Positions 17,512-26,226 of a stretch of 32,000 nucleotides of DNA are shown here, one piece after another. Origin of the DNA: an uncultured Erysipelotrichaceae bacterium (GTDB lineage: Bacteria; Bacillota_I; Bacilli_A; Erysipelotrichales; Erysipelotrichaceae). The translations under genes and the position numbers were made by a program. Numbering within the stretch: position 1 is the stretch's first letter; each line of letters begins with the position of its first letter. A model generated the notes under the pieces. That model had not been told where the DNA came from and ran no database searches. It worked only from the letters and a program-made list of their open reading frames with translations. Where the stretch lies: contig CAYNZZ010000003.1 of the NCBI GenBank assembly GCA_964401865.1, positions 60,001 through 92,000 of the forward strand, in the 5' to 3' direction.

Positions 17512-18500
17512 TGAAAAGAGTCACCATATATGATGTTGCTAAAGAGGCGAATGTATCATTAGCTACTGTGTCAAGAGTAATTAATGGTTCCGATGTGGTG
17601 AAGTCACAAACTAAGCAGAGAGTAGAAGACGCTATAAAAAGACTTGGATATAAGCCAAACGCCATAGCTCAAGGTTTAGCTTCGCAAAAAACAACAACTA
17701 TTGGTTTAATTATCCCTGAGGCAAGTTTTACTTATACAGGTATGATAATTAATGGCTTATTAGATGTTTCTAAAATATATGGTTATAACATTATGCTTCA
17801 TACTATAACAGAAGGTATTGCTGATATAGATATTATCATTGATGTTGTAATTAAATCGCGTGTTGATGGTGTTATTGTTTATAGTGATCAAATCACAGAG
17901 GAATCGATGTCGCTTTTAAATGACTACAATATTCCTATTGTAGTCATTGGAAATAATGTATCTTCACAAAGTATCTGCTCGGTTTATGTAGATTTCGAGA
18001 AAGCGGTCTATGAGTTATGTAAACATTATCTTGAAAATGGTATTGATGATATTGTCTTATTAGAGGATAGAAAGAATATTAATAGTACTCAGCAGTTATT
18101 GGCTGGAGCTAATAAAGCATTTGCTGAAATTGGCAGAGAATTTGAAGGTTTTATCAGCATCCCTAAAGAGGAAAGATCATCATATCGCTTCTTAAAGAGA
18201 TATTTAAAAGAGCATAGACATAAACTTATGATTGTTAATCGTGATTCTCAAGCTATGGCTGCACTAAATGCCGCTAAAGAGAATGGTATATCTATACCGG
18301 AGGATATGGAACTCGTGTGTGCGATTGACACTAAATACAACTCTATGGTTCGCCCTCAAATATCTTCGTTTACAATACCATCATACGATTTGGGAGCAGT
18401 TGGCATGCGCATAATGACTAAGATGTTGCAAAACGAAGAGGTTGAAGATAAGGAAAAGTGTTTGAACTATCTATTTACTGCTAGAGAAACTACATATTGA
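17511..18500 (+). CDS. ccpA: LacI-family catabolite control protein A
   Basis: N-terminus VTIYDVAKEANVSLATVSRVINGS...RLGYKPNAIAQGLASQKTTTIGLIIP and C-terminus SIPEDMELV...MVRPQISSFTIPSYDLGAVGMRIMTKML closely parallel B. subtilis CcpA as recalled. Bacillus-like neighbourhood (ytxG/H and tyrS). Confidence 0.8.
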   Translation: MKRVTIYDVAKEANVSLATVSRVINGSDVVKSQTKQRVEDAIKRLGYKPNAIAQGLASQKTTTIGLIIPEASFTYTGMIINGLLDVSKIYGYNIMLHTITEGIADIDIIIDVVIKSRVDGVIVYSDQITEESMSLLNDYNIPIVVIGNNVSSQSICSVYVDFEKAVYELCKHYLENGIDDIVLLEDRKNINSTQQLLAGANKAFAEIGREFEGFISIPKEERSSYRFLKRYLKEHRHKLMIVNRDSQAMAALNAAKENGISIPEDMELVCAIDTKYNSMVRPQISSFTIPSYDLGAVGMRIMTKMLQNEEVEDKEKCLNYLFTARETTY

Positions 18501-18530
18501 CTATTTTATAAATAGGTGTTTGAATTTATA

Positions 18531-18720
18531 TGCAACGATAAGAAATAGTAACTTGTTTGTTTATTAAGAGAGATCATGTTTGGTGGAAATGATTTAAACG
18601 AATTGGTGAATACATCTTTGAGCTTCTTATTGAAAAGATAAGACGTTACTCGCGTTAAGAGAAAAAGTAAAAAATAAGGTGGTACCGTGCTAATGCACCC
18701 TTGGTAGCGCCTTTTATTTT
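18531..18720 (+). promoter_or_regulatory. T-box riboswitch leader, tyrosine-specific
   Basis: Stem I GA/AGTA region (GCAACGATAAGAAATAGTA) and AGAGA box. Specifier loop GAA-UAC-A (UAC 18611-18613). F-box-like CGTTA. T-box AAGGTGGTACCGTG (18676-18689), whose GGTGGTACC pairs with GGTAGCGCC (18703-18711) followed by TTTTATTTT as terminator. Confidence 0.9.
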
Positions 18721-18730
18721 GGAGGAAAGA

Positions 18731-19960
18731 ATGAAAATTTATGATGAATTAGTATGGCGTGGTCTAATAAAAGATGTGTCTTCGCCGGAATTAGAAGAAA
18801 AACTCAACAATGGAGGAATGACATTTTATATTGGCACCGATCCAACAGGTGATAGCTTACATATTGGCCACTATTCTTCTTTTTTGATTTCTAAAAGATT
18901 AAAGGAAGCTGGACATAATCCTATTCTTTTGGTTGGTGGAGCCACCGGTTTAATCGGCGATCCTAAGCCTGACAGTGAAAGGCCAATGATTTCTAAAGAA
19001 GAAGTTGCTCATAATATTAAATGTTTAAAGAAACAGGCTGAAGATATTTTCGGTTTTGAGGTTGTCGATAACTATGAATGGACTAAAGATATTAGTTTAA
19101 TCGACTTTTTAAGAGATTATGGTAAATTCTTTAATATCAATTATATGTTGAATAAAGATATTGTTAAAAGATGATTAGATGAAGGAATCACTTATACTGA
19201 GTTTTCTTATATGATTATGCAAGCTCTAGATTTTATGCATCTATATGAAACTAGAAATTGTGTAATGCAAGTAGCCGGTCAAGATCAATGGGGTAATATT
19301 ACGGCTGGCATCGAACTCATCAGAAAGAAATTAAATAAAGAAGCTTACGCTTTTACAATGCCTTTACTTACAAGAAGCGATGGTGTTAAATTCGGTAAGA
19401 GTAATGGTAAAGCGATATGGCTAGACATTAATAAGACATCGCCATATGAAATGTATCAATTCTTTATCAATTCCGAAGATGATAAAGTCATCGATTATTT
19501 GAAGTTTTTAACTTTCTTATCTAAAGAAGAAATCGAGGAGTTGGAACAATCTAACAAGAATGAACCGCATCTTCGTTTAGCTCATAAGGCTTTAGCGAGA
19601 GAAGTGATTACATCTATACATGGCAAAGAAGCATTTGATAGCGCAGTTAAAATCGCCGATACATTCTTTAAGGGCGATATTAAAGCTTTAAACTATGATG
19701 AGCTTAAACAAGGTGTTGCTGACTTAGAAAAAGTTGAAATTGAAGATGGAATTTCTTTGATTGATGCATTGGTATTGGTTGGTGCTGCGAAATCAAAAAG
19801 AGAGGCTAGGGATTTGATTAGTGGTTCATCGATTAGCGTAAATGGTGATAAAGTTACCGATATAGAAACAATTTTAGAAAAGAAAAATGCCTTTAATGAG
19901 GAAATGACAATTATTAAAAAAGGTAAAAAATTCTGGTTTGCTCTCAAATTTAAGAATTGA
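18731..19960 (+). pseudogene. tyrS: tyrosine--tRNA ligase, single in-frame TGA at 19172-19174 (disrupted as assembled)
   Basis: MKIYDELVWRGLIKD..., HIGH motif (SLHIGHYSS), GGATGLIGDP, then [37 protein letters not shown], KFGKS and a C-terminal S4-like domain. Both track ORFs (18701-19174 and 19211-19960) share one frame. Confidence 0.9.
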
Positions 19961-19968
19961 TTTTTGGT

Positions 19969-19997
19969 TTGTATAAAATAATAAAGTTTTGTATAAT
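19969..19997 (+). promoter_or_regulatory. candidate promoter for the lipoprotein-flippase pair
   Basis: TTGTAT (19969-19974), 17 nt spacer, TATAAT (19992-19997) with TG immediately upstream. Confidence 0.45.
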
Positions 19998-20009
19998 GTG
20001 TTAGTATTT

Positions 20010-20516
20010 ATGAAAAAAATAATTATCTTTTTATTTACTATTTTGATATTGATAGGTTGCGAAGATATTGTTAGAAGTAATAATTCTAATGATTCTTCGA
20101 CTATTCGTTATTACGACATGATTGAGTTAATTGATTCAAATACTAATTTTAGTTATGCGTCTAATTATTTTGATATTAGTGGTGACATTTCAAAAATCGA
20201 CGAAGGATATCGCTATTATGTATTTGTTGATGATCCGAAAATTGCTATGTATGATATCGAAGTTATGGCAATTGAAAAAGGAGTAGATTATACAAATAAG
20301 ATGACGGCGAATATCGGTATTTTTGAAAGCGAAGAATATCATATGATTCCCAATCAAAGTGATAAGAAACTAGGATATGTCAAGGGACTTTCGATTAGTG
20401 GTGTAACCGATAAAGCAAATGTCAGTTTATATGTTCTAGTTCAATGGAAAAATAAAAACAAGAATAATACATATCGAGAATTTTTAAAATTAGATCTGCG
20501 ATATGGAGAGAGATAA
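20010..20516 (+). CDS. hypothetical lipoprotein
   Basis: MKKIIIFLFTILILIGC signal peptide with lipobox LIGC. No recognisable domain. Stop lies 1 nt before the flippase ATG. Confidence 0.7.
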   Translation: MKKIIIFLFTILILIGCEDIVRSNNSNDSSTIRYYDMIELIDSNTNFSYASNYFDISGDISKIDEGYRYYVFVDDPKIAMYDIEVMAIEKGVDYTNKMTANIGIFESEEYHMIPNQSDKKLGYVKGLSISGVTDKANVSLYVLVQWKNKNKNNTYREFLKLDLRYGER

Positions 20517-20517
20517 A

Positions 20518-22149
20518 ATGACATCTAAGAAAAATCGTTCATTATTAGTTGGAGCATTAGCAGGTTCTTTTGGGATATTCTTATCAAAAGCCTTAGGGCT
20601 TTTTTATGTCGTACCATTAAATAATTTGGCTGGTGAGTCAAATATGGCTTTTTATAGCATTACCTATAGCTACTATGATTTGATATTAAAGATATGTGGA
20701 GCAGGTATTCCATTTGCGATTGCAGCTTTGACAGCAAAGTATTTTAGTAGAGAAGACTATAAAACGGTGCTGCTAGTTAAAAAATTAGGAACTTCTTTTA
20801 TTATGGCGAGCAGTTTGATTATAGCTTTTATCTTTTTGCTCGTAGCAAAGCCATTAGCTACATTTACCATGGGTTCAAAGGCTAGCATTCAAGATATAGA
20901 ATCTTTATATAATTTATTTCGCATCTTAATTATAGCGGTTATTTTTGTGCCTTTACTTTCATCGGTCAGAGGATATTATCAAGGTTTAAAAAGAATGGAT
21001 ATTTACGCCAGTTCGCAGGTTTTGGAACAATTTGTTCGTGTGTTTGGCATAATTGCTCTAGGTTATATATTTGTAAAAATATTATCTTTTGATGGCATAT
21101 GGGCAATTTATATGGCGATGCTATCTGCTAGTATTGCAGCTATTGTTACTATCGTTTACATGCTTATTTGCGCTAGAAAAGATAGTAATGAAGTTAAAAT
21201 GTTGGCGGCAAGACAAGAAAGTGGAAGCCGTAATGGCAAAGAAGTATTTATTGAACTCATATCTTTGGGCATCCCTTATGTAATAATTTCGTTTTTGGGT
21301 ACTTCCAGTTCGATTGTAAATTCCAATTTCTTTATGTCATATGCACCGGTTGCCGGTATCGAATATAGTGAAGCGAAATTGGTATTAGGAATTTTACAGG
21401 TAAATTGTAACAAGATTGCTGCTATACCTCAGGTTTTGACTTTAGGTTTTAGTGCCGGTTTAGTTCCATACTTAACAGAATCTTTGGAAAAACAGGATTT
21501 TAAAAATCTGCAGAAACAATTATCTGAAATATTTGATACAGTATTTTATCTATTGATACCAGTTGTGTTGGCGTTTATGTTATTTGCGAAAGCCATTTAT
21601 TTTATTATGTATGGTAATGCTAACTTAGATTTGGGCAGTGAAGTGTTTATGGTTTCTAACTTACAAACAATCACTGATACTATTGCGCCTATATTGTCAT
21701 CAATTCTTATTACACTAAGACATAGAAAAGTCGCTATTTTACTGTTAGCTATTAGTTTTGGCGTAAAATTTATTAGTTTTTTCCCAATGGTTTCGCTAAC
21801 TGGATATTTAGGTTTAATTTACAGTTCATTGCTATGCAGTTTGATTGTAATTGTATTTGGCTTTATCTTTCTTAAAAGATCGTACTCATTTAAACTTAAA
21901 AGTTCAATGCGTAGATTGTTATTTATAGTGATAAGTTCTGTTCTATGTTTGATTCCTAGCTTTATTATTTGCCATATTATTCCATTTAATTATTCAAATA
22001 GAATTATTTGTCTAATGTATATGCTATTTCACGCTTGCTTATCTGGTGGTTTATATTTAGCTATATCTTATTTACTGTACTTGCCTCAGGCGATATTTCA
22101 TTTAAAAGGTAAAGATGTCTTTAAAGTGATTAAACGTTTTAGGGGTTAA
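20518..22149 (+). CDS. MOP-superfamily polysaccharide/lipid-II flippase (YtgP/MurJ/SpoVB-like)
   Basis: About 543 aa, roughly 14 predicted TM helices, loop motif VRGYYQGLKRMD typical of the SpoVB/YtgP group. RBS GGAGAGAG before ATG 20518. Confidence 0.7.
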   Translation: MTSKKNRSLLVGALAGSFGIFLSKALGLFYVVPLNNLAGESNMAFYSITYSYYDLILKICGAGIPFAIAALTAKYFSREDYKTVLLVKKLGTSFIMASSLIIAFIFLLVAKPLATFTMGSKASIQDIESLYNLFRILIIAVIFVPLLSSVRGYYQGLKRMDIYASSQVLEQFVRVFGIIALGYIFVKILSFDGIWAIYMAMLSASIAAIVTIVYMLICARKDSNEVKMLAARQESGSRNGKEVFIELISLGIPYVIISFLGTSSSIVNSNFFMSYAPVAGIEYSEAKLVLGILQVNCNKIAAIPQVLTLGFSAGLVPYLTESLEKQDFKNLQKQLSEIFDTVFYLLIPVVLAFMLFAKAIYFIMYGNANLDLGSEVFMVSNLQTITDTIAPILSSILITLRHRKVAILLLAISFGVKFISFFPMVSLTGYLGLIYSSLLCSLIVIVFGFIFLKRSYSFKLKSSMRRLLFIVISSVLCLIPSFIICHIIPFNYSNRIICLMYMLFHACLSGGLYLAISYLLYLPQAIFHLKGKDVFKVIKRFRG

Positions 22150-23054
22150 GAGATAAGCTTATCAATTTTGATTTCTTCTTTAATAAGCGAGCCACTTTCG
22201 TTAAATTTATTTAGACATTCAATAACTTGGTTGGTTAGATAAGTTGGAGTGCTTGCACCAGCCGTCACGTAAATGTTATCAACATTTAAGTCTTTGATAT
22301 CGATGTCATGTGCATTTTCAATCATTAAAACCTTCTTAATGCCACTTTGTAAAGCTATTTGTTTGAGCTTGTTGGTGTTATTGGATTTTGGGTCTCCTAC
22401 AACATACAATAAATCGCAATCTTTTAAATCCATTATAGCCTTTTGTCTAATGCTGGTTGCGTTGCATATTTCTTCTAAGATGGTCGCGTTAGGCCATTTT
22501 TCTTTTATTCTGTTGTTTATGTCTTGTATTTCAAAAATTGACATCGTTGTTTGATTGGTTACGAAAATTGGTTCAGTTATTTCTGTTGAATCTAATTCGT
22601 TGATATTGCTAATTAATTGTATTTTTTTGTCAATGCCTAAAACAGCTTCGGCTTCAGGATGTCTATTTTTACCGATATAGAGAACATTAAAACCTTCTGA
22701 AAGTTTTTTCTTGATAATATTTTGCGTTTTAATCACATCTATACACGATGCATCGATGACTTTTAACCCTTTTTGAATAGCTTTGTTTTTTATTTTTTCT
22801 GATATTCCATGAGCAGTGAAAATAACTATACCATCATCTATTTCATCAATTAATTCTTCTTTCGATTTAATAGAATCGTCTAAAGTTGTGATGTCATAAA
22901 GTTTTAAGGCCTCAGTGATATAGCGATTGTGAACAATCATTCCTAAAACATAGATATTATCATTCGGATTATCTTTACGAGCTTGCTTGGCAATTTCTAT
23001 GGCTCTTACAACGCCCTTACAATAGCCACTTGGTATTACTTTTTTTATTTTCAT
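22146..23054 (-). CDS. ispH: 4-hydroxy-3-methylbut-2-enyl diphosphate reductase
   Basis: GYCKGVVRAI (Cys1), FTAHGIS, DASCIDV (Cys2), TNQTT, CNATSIRQ (Cys3), VVGDPKSNNTNKL. Confidence 0.93.
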   Translation of the reverse strand: MKIKKVIPSGYCKGVVRAIEIAKQARKDNPNDNIYVLGMIVHNRYITEALKLYDITTLDDSIKSKEELIDEIDDGIVIFTAHGISEKIKNKAIQKGLKVIDASCIDVIKTQNIIKKKLSEGFNVLYIGKNRHPEAEAVLGIDKKIQLISNINELDSTEITEPIFVTNQTTMSIFEIQDINNRIKEKWPNATILEEICNATSIRQKAIMDLKDCDLLYVVGDPKSNNTNKLKQIALQSGIKKVLMIENAHDIDIKDLNVDNIYVTAGASTPTYLTNQVIECLNKFNESGSLIKEEIKIDKLIS

Positions 23055-23109
23055 ATACTTATTTTACCATATTATGCTTTTTAGTTTATTTTATGATAAA
23101 ATATTAAGC

Positions 23110-24447
23110 ATGAATAACTTGAATTTAAAATCTGAAACATTAAAATTTATTGAATTAAATGGATTTAAGTCTTTAACAAAAGTTCAAGATGCAACAATAA
23201 AAATTGCCAACAAGGGTAAAGATGTCATTGTATTGTCTAAGACTGGTACTGGTAAGACGCATGCTTTTTTAATTCCGATTATGGAAAAAATTAATCCAGC
23301 TATTGATGAAACACAAGTTATAATTTCATCGCCAACTAGAGAGTTAGCTTTTCAAATATATCAAAATGCTTTGATTATGAAAGAAATATATCCAGATTTA
23401 AGAATTAAACTTCTATCTGGTGGTCTAGATACTAGGCGTATGAAAGACGGACTTAAGAAAGCTCCTCAGATTGTAATTGGCACGCCTGGAAGAATTAAAG
23501 CTTTATTTTCAGATAGTACATTACGTGTTGATTTAGTTAAGATGTTTGTGGTTGATGAAGCGGACATGACAATCGAGTATGGTTTTTTAGATGATGTTGA
23601 TGCTGTTTTTTCTAAGATGTTTAATCCGCAAGTAATGTGTTTTAGTGCCACTTTGCCTGAAGGTTTAAAACCATTTATTAAAAAGTACTTAAATCATCCA
23701 CAATTAATTGAAATCAAAGATGATGAAAAAGTTGATCCTAATATCGAACATATATTAATTAACTGCAAGCATAAATCGTATGGAGAAGCATTATTAGATA
23801 TTTTAGGTGGTTTTAATCCATATGTATGTTTAATCTTTGCTAATACTCGCGAAGAATGTGATGAAGTATATGCCCTTTTTAAAAGAAACAAGATTAAAGC
23901 TGTGCTTTTACATGGAGGTCTAGATTCAAGACAAAGACAAAGAGCGATTAAAGAAATAAGTAGCAAAGAAATTACTTATGTTATTGCGAGTGATATTGCG
24001 TCAAGAGGTTTGGATATTGATGCTATTACTCATGTGGTATCACTTGGTTTTCCAAAAGAATTGAGCTTTTATATCCATCGTAGCGGAAGAACCGGAAGAA
24101 ATGGCAGACATGGTATTTGCTATGCTTTATATCAGAAACAAGATGAAGCGGCAATCAATACTCTAATTAAACAAGGTATTAAGTTTACTCCTAAACAATA
24201 TAAAAATGGAGAATGGCGAGATCTTAAATCATTCGATTTTAAGCGGGTAAGCTATAGCGAAAAACGCGAAAAAGAAATCGCTAAGATGCTTAAAAAGAAA
24301 AACGAGAAGGTTAAACCTAATTATAAGAAAAAGAAAACTCAAAAAATCGAAGATATTAAACGCAAAGAAAGACGTGAATATATTCGAAAAAAGATACAAG
24401 AAGAAAAGAAAGCTAGATATAAAAACGCCGCTAGAAATAAAGATTAG
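23110..24447 (+). CDS. DEAD-box ATP-dependent RNA helicase (CshB-like)
   Basis: Q motif (FKSLTKVQ), SKTGTGKTHAF, SPTRELA, VVDEAD, SAT, ARGLDI, HRSGRTGR, and a Lys/Arg-rich C-terminal tail. ATG 23110 preferred by spacing to the Q motif. Confidence 0.9.
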   Translation: MNNLNLKSETLKFIELNGFKSLTKVQDATIKIANKGKDVIVLSKTGTGKTHAFLIPIMEKINPAIDETQVIISSPTRELAFQIYQNALIMKEIYPDLRIKLLSGGLDTRRMKDGLKKAPQIVIGTPGRIKALFSDSTLRVDLVKMFVVDEADMTIEYGFLDDVDAVFSKMFNPQVMCFSATLPEGLKPFIKKYLNHPQLIEIKDDEKVDPNIEHILINCKHKSYGEALLDILGGFNPYVCLIFANTREECDEVYALFKRNKIKAVLLHGGLDSRQRQRAIKEISSKEITYVIASDIASRGLDIDAITHVVSLGFPKELSFYIHRSGRTGRNGRHGICYALYQKQDEAAINTLIKQGIKFTPKQYKNGEWRDLKSFDFKRVSYSEKREKEIAKMLKKKNEKVKPNYKKKKTQKIEDIKRKERREYIRKKIQEEKKARYKNAARNKD

Positions 24448-24471
24448 GAATACTTAGGTATTCCTTTTTTT
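24446..24471 (+). terminator. rho-independent terminator after the helicase gene
   Basis: AGGAATAC-TTAG-GTATTCCT perfect 8 bp hairpin followed by T7. Confidence 0.8.
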
Positions 24472-24527
24472 GTGAAAAGCATTATGTGTTTATAGATAAT
24501 TGTAATCGTTTATTCTATAATTATTTT

Positions 24528-25883
24528 ATGACGACTTTTGTATCTAATTACATAGGCGATAGAGAATTCTATCAAAAGACATTTAGAGTTACGATTCCAT
24601 TGGCGATGACGATGTTGCTATCTAGTTGTATGTCGATAATTGATTCAATAATGGTATCTTCAATCGGGATGCTTACAGCGGTCGGTAACGCATCACAGGT
24701 GATCACATTATCTAATGGTATATCATGGGGCATTACTAGTGGTGTTGCGATATTTGCCGCTCAATTTTTTGGGGCTAAACAGTTTGATAAGATGGGTAAG
24801 TCTTTGGGTTTGAGTATTATGCTGACTCTATTGAATGCAGCTATTTGGATTACAGTTGCCTATACGATTGCTGATAAAGTCTTGTTGTTTTATTTGAATG
24901 ATTTAGAAATATTAGATTATAGCCGTGCTTATCTTCAAATTGTGGTTTTTGCAGAAATCCCTTTGGCTTTAAATAATTCTATTGGATTGATGTATCGAAG
25001 TGAACACAATACGAAATTAACTTTTATTATGAGTGTTTTTGGCGCCTTTTTTAATGTTTGTCTCAATGCGCTATTTATCTATGTATTAAAGATTGGGATT
25101 GCAGGTGCTGCATATGGTACTCTAATTGCTCAATTGTTAGTCTTATTATTGTATATTGCCTATCTTATTAAAGATAAGCCTAAATTTATATTAGGTAGAG
25201 CTAATTTTGAATTGAGTTTTGATTTTGTAAAATCGATTTTTTCTCGTATTTTGCCTTTGATGATTAATGAAACGTTATTTGGCTTTGGGATGACCTTATT
25301 TACAAAGGCATTCGGTATGCTTGGCACACAGAATATGGATGCTTATTATGTGGCTAATCAAATATTTAGTCTGTTCTTATTCATTGTTCATGGCTATGGT
25401 TCGGCAGTATCAATATTGATTGGTACAAGGTTAGGCGAGGGAAGAATAGAATTGGCAAAGGAAGAAGCTAAGTATCAAATCGGTCTAGCTGCCTTCCTTG
25501 CGACATGTATAGTATGTGTTATGCTTGTGTTTAAAACGCCTCTTTTACATTTGTATAATGTTGAAAATGAAACTACTTTTAGAATTTGTCAGGGTTTACT
25601 AAATGTATTTGCCCTTAAAGTGTTTATTAGAATGTTTAACTTTGTAATGTTTTCGACTCTTAGGGCAGGTGGAGATGCCAAGATTTTAAATCTACTAGAT
25701 TCAGGTATTATGTATTTAGTAGGCGTTCCGATTGCTTTCTTAAGTGTTGGTGTTTTAAAAATTGATAATATTGTTTTGGTTTTATTATTGTGTCAGATTG
25801 AACAAGTTGTTCGTTTCTTTTTGACTTATCATCGTTACAACAAGGGTAGTTGGGCTAATGATTTAACTAAGACTATGGTATAA
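24528..25883 (+). CDS. MATE family efflux transporter
   Basis: About 451 aa, 12 TM helices, N-terminal pattern FRVTIPLAMTMLL...IDSIMVSSIG typical of MATE. Start is uncertain: ATG 24528 has no SD, and the track GTG at 24486 is the alternative. Confidence 0.8.
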   Translation: MTTFVSNYIGDREFYQKTFRVTIPLAMTMLLSSCMSIIDSIMVSSIGMLTAVGNASQVITLSNGISWGITSGVAIFAAQFFGAKQFDKMGKSLGLSIMLTLLNAAIWITVAYTIADKVLLFYLNDLEILDYSRAYLQIVVFAEIPLALNNSIGLMYRSEHNTKLTFIMSVFGAFFNVCLNALFIYVLKIGIAGAAYGTLIAQLLVLLLYIAYLIKDKPKFILGRANFELSFDFVKSIFSRILPLMINETLFGFGMTLFTKAFGMLGTQNMDAYYVANQIFSLFLFIVHGYGSAVSILIGTRLGEGRIELAKEEAKYQIGLAAFLATCIVCVMLVFKTPLLHLYNVENETTFRICQGLLNVFALKVFIRMFNFVMFSTLRAGGDAKILNLLDSGIMYLVGVPIAFLSVGVLKIDNIVLVLLLCQIEQVVRFFLTYHRYNKGSWANDLTKTMV

Positions 25884-25890
25884 TTGACAT

Positions 25891-26226
25891 ATGAAAAAAA
25901 GAGAAGTATTGATTGTTTTGGTGGTTGTTGTGTTTAGCTTTATGGCATTGTTGATCAACAACTTTATCAATACGAATAAAACAGTGGTAAAGATAATTGA
26001 TGGTAGTGGTAAAGAAGTATTGAACTTTGATATTAACTCCGATGGATACTATTCTGTTGATGGCGCGTATGGAAAATTTAATGTCGAGGTAAAAAATGGT
26101 AAATGGCGTGCGGTTGATGTTGATTGCCCTAATCATGATTGTGAAAAAATGGGATGGTCATCGAAAGATATTTACATTCCGATTATCTGTTTGCCTAATC
26201 AGTTGTGGGTGACCCTAGATGAATAG
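25891..26226 (+). CDS. NusG domain II-containing membrane-anchored protein
   Basis: N-terminal TM helix then a beta-rich domain ending CPNHDCEKMGW...IICLPNQLWVTL, the signature I associate with the NusG_II family. Paired with a Gx transporter as usual. Confidence 0.65.
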   Translation: MKKREVLIVLVVVVFSFMALLINNFINTNKTVVKIIDGSGKEVLNFDINSDGYYSVDGAYGKFNVEVKNGKWRAVDVDCPNHDCEKMGWSSKDIYIPIICLPNQLWVTLDE

